A stretch of DNA of 64,000 nucleotides, from contig NC_042999.1 in NCBI RefSeq assembly GCF_006345805.1, forward strand, positions 37,076,001 through 37,140,000, in the 5' to 3' direction. A model generated the notes under the pieces. That model saw only the letters and a list, made by a program, of their open reading frames with translations. It did not search any database and was not told the origin of the DNA. The position numbers and the translations under genes were made by a program. Positions 50,701 to 62,700 of this stretch are shown here, piece by piece (position 1 is the stretch's first letter; every line of letters starts with the position of its first letter). The stretch is from Octopus sinensis. Lineage: Eukaryota.

Positions 50701-53700
50701 CATATCAGCTGTGATCAACACATCTGTTGTTTAGCAGACTTAACTGAAGAGTATACAGCTGGGATTAACATATCTGTGTTATTGTTGAAGTGATCTAAGG
50801 TCAAAAACACACCACCTATTTCTTTATTACCCACAAGGGGCTAAACATAGAGGGGACAAACAAGGACAGACATAGGTATTAAGTCGATTACATCGACCCC
50901 AGTGCGTAACTGGTACTTAATTTATTGACCCCGAAACACACCACCTGTGATCAACTCATCTTTGTTGCTGTTCAGTTACATACCTGCTGTATCAACACAT
51001 CATTTTGTGCACTTAGAACTACACTGCAATGTGTTTTTCCTTTGTTAAGACAGTAGTGTGAGATTTGAGGAAGAATTGGTTGCTGTTTCTAGTAGGCTGA
51101 GTGATCACAGCTTCTTAATTTGGTACACTGCATGGCACTCACTTGGTTACAACGTCAGAGGTTCTAGTGGATCCAGTCAATGGAACAGCCTGCTCTTGAA
51201 ATTAACGTGCAAGTGACTGAGCACTCCACAGACATGTGTACCCTTAACGTAGTTCTCAAAAGACAATTTTGCCAGCTGAGTGGGCTGGAGCAATGTGAAA
51301 TAAAGTCTTGCTCAAGGACACAACTCTCTGCTGGGAATTGAACTCATGACCCCATGTTTGCGAGCCAAATGCTGTAACCACTAAGCCATGTGCCTACACA
51401 TACATTATATTAATGGTTTTTGATTGATTTTTCTGGTGGAGATTTTATATTTGATGTTTCATTTATATTTCAGCCAGGTTTCTGTATTGCGGCCACTGGT
51501 GTTGTTTTGGAAGCAGATAAATCAAATGAAATTGTTAAAAAGCTAAAATTAACTGGAGCACCATACAAAATCTTTCAGAAGAGTGCCTTTATTAAGGTTT
51601 GAATTAAAATTTCTTTATATGTAATATATCTAGCAAGTGGATAGTAGAACTGGTTGAGCTTTGGTCAAAATATCTTGCAGTATTTCATAACATCCTCATC
51701 ACCATTTCACTGCCTGCTTTTCCATGCTTGCATGAGTCAGATGTTATTTGTTGAGGTGGATTTTCTTTCTACAGCTGGATGCCCTTCCTGTTGTCAACCC
51801 TTACCTGTTTCCAAGTAAGGTAAAATTCCCCTAAGACCAGACATGTTTCCACAATGGTGACACTTGTTTACAATGATATCAAGGCAGGAAGACAGTAACA
51901 CATGGACTCACAATACACACACGCACCTTTCAGTTTCTGTTTACAGAAATCCACTCACAAGATTTTGTTCAGTCAGAGGGTATATTAGATGACAGTGGTC
52001 CATAGTACTTCACAGTGGGAATGAACCTAAAACTACATGGTTATGAAATGAACTTCTTAACCACAGAGCCATCCTAAATATGCTTTCATTCTCAAAACGC
52101 TTAGTGTGATCATCATCATCATCACCATTTAATGTTTGCTTTCCATGCTGGCATGACTGAAAACTGGTAAGCCGGGGAGCTGCACCAGGTTCCAGTCTGA
52201 TTTGGCATGGTTTCTATGGCTGGATGTCCTTCCTAACACCAACCACTCCAAGTGTGTAGTGGTTGCTCTTTACATGCCATCAGCATGAGTGCCATTGATG
52301 TGACACTGGCATCAGCCATGACTATAATCTCACTTGGCTTGACAAGTCTACACAAACATGGTGTATCACCAAAGGTCTTGGTCATCTTTCACTACCTCCA
52401 TGGTACAGATAGACTTATTAAAGACTCTTCATCTGTTTTCAGTCCAAGGTGTTGTACTTTTTATCAATTTTTTGTAAGAAAACAGTTGGTCATGTAGGAG
52501 TAACTGTTGTATAAACTGCTTTATTGTATCATTTAGATTGATTTTTTATAAAATTTACTTCACAAGATATATCTAAAGTACAATGTCTTAGAAGGTATTT
52601 ATGTCCTTGAAAGCTAAGCACCATCTGTTCGGTTGAGAGGAGGATAACCTGAATTCAAGTTTTATTCGTTACAGTCTGTTGATTGTATTACTAATTGCTT
52701 GAACTGATTACTAATCCCATCAAACTGTGCTTTTGTGACCTAGACATCAATGTTTTAAAACTGATCTGTTTTACATTACATTCCAGACAGGTCAAGTGCT
52801 AATTTGCTGAAGCAGAAATATCGATATAGCAAATATTCTACTCAATACCACAGCTTTGCCTGTCAGTTGCTTGATCTTAACTACTTGTATGTCCCTTAGT
52901 GGCTGACAATATGTGCATACATTTCTGATCATGAGCAGGAGTAGTGGGGGAGCATCTTAGCCATGTGTTGAGAATGATTGTTTGTGGTTTGAATAAATGT
53001 AAGAAAAGCAAAGTTTGAAGGAAATATTAGCCATTTTTCATACTTTCTAGGGGTAAACAAATAGGGAATAACAGTTGCTACCCAAAGACAAAAAGTTGAT
53101 TATCAAATTTAGTGTTGCATTAGTTTTACATTTCACTTTTTGCCACTGTGATGGTGTTAGCTGCCGATTCTACTTATTGAGGTGTCTTGCAGGTACTTGG
53201 TGACCTTACCAATGCTGGTGCCATGAAAAAAAAGCACCTGGTACGCACACTGTTTGAAGTGATTGATGTTAAGTAGGTCATCCGGCTGTAGGAACCATAC
53301 TAAAGCAGACTGGAAATTGGTACAGCCTTCTGGCTTGTTTGTTTGGGTCAAACCATCCAGCCAATGCTTGCATTGGAAAAAGGGGATGTTAAATGATGAT
53401 ATGGAGTGATGGTGGGTGAGAGCAGATATATCACAAAGTTGAGAGAATGCTTTAGTTTTGCCAAGAGAGCAAGACAACCTCTGTGGTGTTGGTGCTATGA
53501 AAAAATATACCCAGCACACTTTGTAAAGTGGTTGGTGTTAGGAAGGGCATCCAGCTTTAGAAACCAAGTGAGGCATTGGAGCACGGTGCAGTCCTTTGAC
53601 TTGCCAGATTCTGTTGAACCGTTCAATCCATGCCAACATGGGAAGCAAACATAAAGTGATGATGATGATGATAGCAATGCTGATGATGTATGTGTTAATG

Positions 53701-56700
53701 TTTGTCTGTTCTATATGTTATATAACTGGACAGTGAAATCGTTCCTTATTTATAGCTATCGCATATTCCTTGATATGTATATATCACCAGCATCATCAAA
53801 TTTAATGTCTGTTTTCCATGCTAACATTGGTTGGCTGGTTTGACAGGATTTGGTGAACTGCAAGGCTGCATTAGGTGCCAATGTCTGTTTCTGTATGGTT
53901 TCTACAGCTGGATGCCCTTCTTAACACCAACCACTTTATAACATGTACTGGTGCTACTTCCATGCCTTTAGCTGTAGTGAGGTTGTCAAGTAGCTTGCAA
54001 GACTGGAAAAGAACAAGAAAGGGGAAAAGTGCTTGAAGTGGGGAGAAAATTTAAGAGAGGGAGAGTTGTCAGGTGTTAGAGTTTAAAGTACTCATACACA
54101 CATAAATACATTGTGCTCTTTTTTTTTCCCCAATGCAGGATATGTTCAACACTCCTCTTGAAGTTGCTAAATTCACTGGTGCTTGTCTTCGAACTGTCAG
54201 TGGTGTGAGAGGCCAAATTAAAAAAGCTGTTAAAAATCCGCCTGGTGCCTTTAGAGCAACATTTGAGGATAAGATTGTTATGAGTGGTTTGTATTTTTTT
54301 GCTTGTATCCTATAATTTTTTTATGCTCCATTGTGAAGGTCATGTTTCTGTTGTTGAGCTGACACAGTAGTTTCTGAGTGAACTTAACTCAAGAGTCATT
54401 TATCTCCTTAACCTTCTCCATACTATATCCCTGTTGGAATGCACTGCCTTTGTTTCTATTCATCATCATCATCGTCATTTAACATCTGCTTTCCATGCTA
54501 GCATGGGTTGGACGGTTTGACTGTGGGCTGGCAAACCAGATGGCTGCAGCAAGCTCCAGTCTTGATCTGGCAGAGTTTCTACAGTTGGATGCCCTTCCTA
54601 ACACCAGCCACTCCGAGAGTGTAGTGGGTGCTTTTACATGCCACCGGCACGGGGGCCAGTCAGGCAGTACTGGCAACGACCTCGCTCGAATTTTTACACA
54701 TGGGCCAGTCAGGTGGTACTGGCGATGACCTCGCTGGCATGTGAAAAATTCGAGCGAGGTCATTTCTATTAATTTTGAAAATAATGAAGAATATAATAAA
54801 ATGAATATAATAAAACATAATATAATAATATATTATTATAATCATCATCATCATCATCATTGTTTAACGTCCGTTCTCCATGCTAGCATGGGTTGGACGG
54901 TTCGACCGGGATCTGGGAAGCCAGAAGGCTGCACCAGGCTCCAGTCTTATCTGGCAATGTTTCTACAGCTGGATGCCCTTCCTAACGCCAACCACTCCGT
55001 GAGTGTAGTGGGTGCTTTTTACGTGCCACCCGCACAGGTGCCAGGCGAGGCTGGCAACGGCCATGGTCGGATTGGTGCATTTTATATATAGTATACAATT
55101 ATTATATAATATTATATAATATCATATATATTATAATGATATAATAATGATATAATATAATAAAAAAATATAGTATAATAAAAAGAATATAATAAAATGA
55201 ATAATATAATAAAATGATTTAATCATTATTAAAACAATGTTTGAAATATAAATTAACATGAAATTTTAAGGAAAGTTTTAATTTAAATTGCTTTAACCGT
55301 TTAGCATTCAGATTATCCTGTCATTGCCAAGCTTATTCATTCACATTATTTTCACTTAATCAAGCATCATCTCAGAGCTTCAAGATTACAATGGTGTGAT
55401 TTTATATTTTTAGAATGACATTGTAGGGTAGGTGTGAGTGGCCAGATCAGGCCAGTTTGGGCATAAACCAGGTACAATATTTGGTCTGGGTATGGCCAGG
55501 TTAAGGGTTAAATAGAAAGTTTGTATTATAGCATCAAGGGAAGTCTTCATGTAGTCTTCATCTAACAAATTTGCACACAAGGCATTGGTTGTCCTGAGGC
55601 TAAAGTAGAAGACGGATACCCAAAGCACCATAACTGTGAGATAGAACCCGAACTCACATGGTTGCAAAGCAAATTTCTTAACCATACAGCCAGGCCTACA
55701 TTATTCCTTATATTTATACCTGTATTTCATTGCTTACATAGGTAGATTTTTTTTTCCATTACTGCATTTATTTTTTCATTGTAAACCATTAGACTGTGAA
55801 GTGGAATATATCAGTCTGACAAACTGAAGAAAGCTCAGTCGTTCTGGTTAGCTGGCAATAGACTTGAAAACAGCTTGCTTGTTTGTGCAGGTGCAGTCAG
55901 TTCAAAATAGATTTCAAGGGTCATGAGGAGAGAATGTGCACTATTTCAGGTCTTTCCTCATGATGACATTCCAGCGCACAGGCCTCTGCTCATTGATGTG
56001 AAGCTCTCCCTACTCAATTGACAGACTTATTTGGCCTTAAGTCCATTTTAGGATCATCACCACCATTTAACTTGTGGAGTTGTGCAGGTCTGATTTGGCC
56101 TATGGGCACACAGTTATCTTGCCTCACACCCACACATCACCCCCACCAACCAGGTTTCATTATTCTTTTTCATCCATTTCCTCTAGTGGCTGACCCCTCT
56201 CACCTGTCAGCAGGTTGAGCTGGATTTCTTTCAAGATGACGTTTGCTTGACGATGATTGATGCCAATTGATAACATTCATTGTCTCAGTCTGATTCCCAT
56301 AAAATTTCTACATCCAACTTCTATGTCTGGAATCGGTAATTCTTTGCTACATTGAAATATAGGCTGGCACCGTGTAAAAAGCTCCCGTGCCGACGACACA
56401 TAATAGTGCCCATGCTGGCACCATGTAAAAGCACCTGTGCTGGTGTTGCATGAAAAACACCTGGCACACTTTGTAAAGTGGTTGGTGTTAGGAAGGGCAT
56501 CCAGCCATAGAAATCAGGCTGAAATCAGGGGCCAGATTAGACTAGAACCTCGTGCAACTCTTCTGCTTGCCAGCTCTGGTCAAACTGTCCAACCCATGCC
56601 AGCATGGAAAACAGGTGTTAAATGATGATGATGATGATGATGATGCATGTATTCCAGAAAGAATTAAGCAATAGAAGATAAAAATGATTGTAAGAAAATA

Positions 56701-59700
56701 ATTACTCTACTATTTTTCAGAAATAAAAAAATGAGTTAGCTAAATGTCTTTAACAATCTTACCAAGGAATGCCTCATACATACAGACAGATAATACTGTT
56801 GTCATTTTTGTATGTATGTACTTGTGTGTATATGTGTGCCATACCAAGAAAGCCAGAGAGAGAAAGAGACCTGGATAGAATAGTGATTCATATTTTTGTT
56901 CTGTCTTTAACAATAGTGTTGAGAAATGTGTGTATATACATGTATACATACATATAGAAGGAGAGAGAGAGGAAGTGGGGAGTTGTGAACCAAACCAGAA
57001 GTTATATTACAGATGGACAGATCTCACAAAACTTATAATGTTTGATGGTTTAGTAATAAAAAAACAAACAAAACAAACTGCAGAATTGTCAAATAAAGTT
57101 TTGATAAATAAATAAAAAAAAAATATCCTTGGCCATTTCAGATATTGTCTTTGTCCGAACCTGGTATCCTGTTGACCTCCCAAGATTCTACAACACTGTT
57201 ACATCCCTGCTTCTATCACCAAGTGAAAAGATGTCTTGGAGAGGTATGAGAACAGTAGGACAGATCCGAAAAGAAGAGAATGTTCCTGTTCCGCATAATA
57301 GTGATTCATTTTATAAGGTAAGAATGAGTCTTTTAGAATTCCTCTGTGTGTGTGTGGAAATGTTTTTGTCAGTGGTGAATAAGTAAATGAATGAATGTTG
57401 TCTAACTCCAGGTCAGCTCTGAGTGGAGAACCTATGATCAAAAGTGTTATGGCTTACGTCATCTTTTTTTCTTTTTTCAGACTTGTGTATCTATGATTAC
57501 ATCATCCAATATATTCTTCTGTCTTTTGAGACAGTAGCATCTGAATTGAAAGCAGTTTGGCTGCTATTTCTAGTAGATCAAGCAACTATTGCTGAGTCTA
57601 TCTCTTGGCTCTTGTTTGCTTATTGGATAGTTGTATGAGTATTTGTATGTGGTGTGTATATGTATATATGTATGTGGTGTGTATATGTATGTTCAGGTGG
57701 AAGTATGTGAGTGTGCATTGTTTTAATGTCCACTTGTATCAGCTGGCATGAGTTGGACAAGACTTCTTGTGGTAATCTCTTATAGTTGGATGCCCCTCCT
57801 GACACCAACCTCTTTAGTTGCTACTTAATGACATGCAGCCAAACAGTCTCTTCTTCATCATGATTATCATCATTTAATATCCACTTTTCCACACTTGCAT
57901 GGTTCAGACAGATTTTCTACAGCCAGATGCTCTTCCCATTGCCAGCACTCACCTGTTTCCAAGCAGTATTTCCCCCATGGTCATTCATTTTTTTCATGGA
58001 AGACTGGAAACAAACAACATTGCTTGTATGATGACGATGCTCATTTATAACGGTCGTAATATCTATTCTAAAAACCAAAAGATACATGGTATACATTCGC
58101 TACATTAAATATGTTGGAAACTAACCTTTTTAAGTAAAGAAAAAAAACAATACATCCATCATATGATCCTTCATAGTACCATTGGCTTCATCATCATCAT
58201 CATTTAACGTCTTTTTTCCATGCTAGCATGGGTTGGATGGTTCAACCGGGGTGTGGTAAGCCATGGAGGCTGCACCAGGCTCCAGTCTGATTTGGCAGTG
58301 TTTCTACAGCTGGATGCCCTTCCTAACGCCAACCACTCCGAGAGTGTAGTGGGTGTTTTTTATGTGTCACCGGCACAGGAGCCAGCACAGACTGGCAAAC
58401 GGCCATGATCGGTTGGTGCTTTTACATGTCACCGACACGGACACCAGTCAGGCGACGCTAGTAACTGCCACGCTCGAACGGTGCTTTTACGTGTCACCAG
58501 CACTGGTGTCTTAACTACAATTACCATTCGAATTTTTGATGTTGATGAACTTGACTCAACAGGTCTCCTCATAACTTATAAGTAAACACAAAAATAGAAT
58601 ATACAATATAACACTTATTGGGGTGAGAATATGTTTGTTACACACACACACCACACACACACTCTCTCTCTCTCTCTCTCTCTGTGTAAAGATATGTCTG
58701 GCTGTGCAGTTACGAAATTTACTGCTCAATCAAATGATTTCAAATTCAGTCCCTCTGTGCAGCAGCTTATTCAAATGTCTTCTTCTACTATAGCCCTGGA
58801 CTGGCTAATTTCTCATGTCTATTTATACATGCATGTACATGTGTGTGCACACTCACACACACACACACACAATGTATATATTCATACATGTATACACGCA
58901 GACTTACATGTATTATACACATGTATATATCTATACTTGCATGCATAGGATGTTGGCATTCCATGGCTTTGCTTGACACTGTTGGCGTTAGGAAGGGCAT
59001 CCAGCTGTAGAAACATTGCCAGATAAGACTGGAGCCTGGTACAGCCTTCTGGCTTCCCAGATCCCCGGTTGAACCGTCCAACCCATGCTAGCATGGAGAA
59101 CGGATGTTAAACGATGATGATGATGATGATGATGTCCAAGCAAAATGGTGATGTGATGCTTACAATCCCGATTGACATTATGACTGGTCACTGTGCACCT
59201 TGGAAGGCCATTAAAATAAAAAAAAAAAAAAACCTCTTCATGACCACCACAACAACAACAATAATAACGGCAGTAGCAGTACTGTTTTAACAGCTACTTT
59301 TCATGTTTGCATGGCTCAGGTGGAATTTGTTGAAGTTGATTTTCTATAGTTGGATGCTTTTTCTGTTACCAAGTGAGATAATATTCTTCCTTGGTTGGAT
59401 ATGTTTTCAAAAAAAGACTGGAAATGAATGAAGGACACTGCTTGTATGATAGTGCCACTTGCTTACAACCAAGATGTCTAGGCAGAGACACAAAATCATA
59501 CATGCACACACACATACATATACGAAAGGCTTCATTAAGCTTCCACATTCTAAATTCACTTAGAAGGATTTGGTTGGCATGGGGGTAGAGTAGAAGACAC
59601 TTGCTCAGGGCACCATGCTGAACGTGAAACCATGAGGTTGGGAAGCAAATTATTTAACCATACACAGACACACCTATGCCTTTAGAAGGTTAAAGTTGTA

Positions 59701-62700
59701 ACATGCTGTCTCAAATATGTTCCTGTGTAACATATGCTAGTATGGAAAGACTGATATTAAACAGACAAATGAATATATTTCAACAATGAACTATTATGTG
59801 AAATTCTGTGAGACAGACAATTGCTTTCTAGCTTAAAGTTGCTAAGTTCTTTTGTTTGACACATCGAATCTTTTCAAGGTCAGCTTTACATATGGATCAA
59901 TCAAACTGCAGTAACATATATGCATAGATAGTGATTGTGTTGTTGGTTTGGTGGATCATCTCCTAATAATTGATATAAAACCCCAATGACACAGAATGCC
60001 CTCTGTCGTCAACCAGGAGAATTCATATCTACGAAGCAATTGCCCAGCTCCCCTTCAGGGTTGGCGAAAGCAATGGGGTGGACAATGAAAAACCTGGCTG
60101 ATGACAGTCAAGGCTGATCTGGAACCCAACCTAGGCCCGCCTATCTACGGCGTTCGCCGCTGGAATAAGGAGTTAGCCTAAAACCGCCAGGTCTGGTTGG
60201 CATTTGTGAGAGATGCAGCATTGAGGATGAATGAAGCCAGCTCAACCCACTCCGGGTGAATGCTGTCTCAAGACAAGAAAGAATAACACAAAATCTTATT
60301 TATTGTAATATTTAGTAGATATAGTCACATGCATAGCTGTGTGGTTAAGAAGTTTGCTTTTCAACTATGTGGTTTCAGGTTCAGCTTGTTTGGCTAATCA
60401 AACCTTATGAGAGAATTCCACAGCTGAAGTGTTAAGGCTGCATATCCTGGTGAAGTGAATTGGCCTGCAAAAGTCCTGTGCCAGTGTCATGTAAAAGGCA
60501 CTTGTGCCAGTGTTGCATAAGAGCGCTCTGCCTGTGGCATATTAAAAGCACGCAGCACACACTGTAGAGTAGTTGATGTTAAGAAGGGCATCCAGCTGTA
60601 GAAACCAAGCCAAATCAGACTGTAACCTGGTCACCATGTAACTTGTAAGACAAAACTCCTTAACTGAGGTGGGGGTGTGTTTAGTATCGAAGGAGGTGGC
60701 TTTGGTTAAAGTATGATATTTCTCTTTTTCTCTTTTCTCTTTTACTTGTTTCAGTCATTTGACTGCGGCCATGCTGGAGCACCGCCTTTAATCGAGCAAA
60801 TCGACCCCGGGACTTATTCTTTGTAACCCCAGTACTTATTCTATCAGTCTCTTTTTTGCCGAACCGCTAAGTGACGGGGACGTAAACACACCAGCATCGG
60901 TTGTCAAGCAATGCTAGGGGAACAAACACAGACACACAAATACACACATATATATATACATATATACGACAGGCTTCTTTCAGTTTCCGTCTACCAAATC
61001 CACTCTCAAGGCATTGGTCGGCCCAGGGCTATAGCAGAAGACACTTGCCCAAGATGCCACGCAGTGGGACTGAACCCGGAACCATGTGGTTGGTTAGCAA
61101 GCTACTTACCACACTATATATTAATTGTATACATGTGTGTATCTGTGTGTGTATACATATCAGTGACTCTGAGAAAACTGAACTGCAGACTGACATCACC
61201 AATTGCAGTTCAGTTATAGTTGGTGATATCAGGATTTCTGGTGATGTTTACTGGTATTTCCTTTCAACAAATCCTCTGCTAATTCTGTGCTTTTGAATTC
61301 CTCTAGATTAAAAAAATCTAGCCATTTCTTGAAAAGGAGTTAAGGATTGGTGGCAAAAAGTGCATCTCACTGTAAATATCCTGCCTCCGTTCCCTTCCGT
61401 CTAAGCCATACATGCATGGCAAACAGGCAAAGCAAATGAATGAATAAATAAAATGGGTAGGTGTGGCTGTGCTTTAGAAGCTTGCATTATGTGGCTTCAA
61501 GTTCAGTCTCACCGTGCAGCACCTTGAGCAGTGCCTTCTACTACAGCTGTGGGCTGACCAATACCTTGTGTTTGTATTCGGTGGAAGCACTCCGTCGGTT
61601 ACGACGACGAGGGCTCCGGTTGATCCGATCAACGGAACAGCCTGCTCGTGAAATTAACGTGTAAGTGGCTGAGCACTCCACAGACACGTGTACCCTTAAC
61701 GTAGTTCTCGGGGATATTCAGCGTGACACAGAGAGTGACAAGGCTGGCCCTTTGAAGTACAGGTACAACAGAAACAGGAAGTAAGAGTGAGAGAAAGTTG
61801 TGGTGAAAGAGTACAGCAGGGATCACCACCATCCCTGCCAGAGCCTTGTGGAGCTTTACGTGTTTTCGCTCAATAAACACTCACAACACCCGGTCTGGGA
61901 ATCGACCGCGAGTCCGCTGCCCTAACCACTGGCCATTGCGCCTCCACCTTGGATTTGGTAGACAGCAATTGAAAGAAGCCTATTGAATATGTGTCTTTGT
62001 GTGTGTGTGTGCATACCTGTGTCTTGATGTTCTGTGATAGTTATAAATGGGCATCGCTGTCATACAAGCATTATCCTTCATTTCCAATCTTCCTTGGAAA
62101 CATCTCTGGCTATGGGGTACTATTTGGAAACATCTCTGGCTATGGGGTACTATTTGGAAACAGGTGAGGGTTAGCAACAGGAAGGGCATCTGGCCATAGA
62201 AAATCTGCCTCAAAAAAATCTGTCTAACTTATGCAAGCATGGAAAAGTGGATGTTAGATAATGATATTTTGTGTGTGTGTATATATGTGTGTGCTTGCAT
62301 GTTTGTGTGTGTACCCATAACTTGACATCACATGATGGCTGAAACGAGCATTGCCATTATGCAAATGATGTTGTTTGTTTCCAATTTTTTGGTGAAAAAC
62401 ATGCCTGTCATGGGGGAAATATCTTGCTTAGAAACAGGTAAAGGTTGGAGACAGGAAGGGCATCTGGCCACAGAAAATCTGCCTCTGCAAATTCTGTCTG
62501 ACCCATGCAAGGATGGATAAGTAGATGTTAAATGATGATGATGTTTTCAGAAACCCCTATCAGAGATAATATTGGTATCAAATTTTGGCACAAGGCCAGC
62601 AATTTTGGGGGAGGGTGCAAATCGGTTACATCAACTCCTATTCTCAACTGATACATATTTATCAACCCTTGAAAGGGTGAAAGACAAAGTTAGCCTGGTA

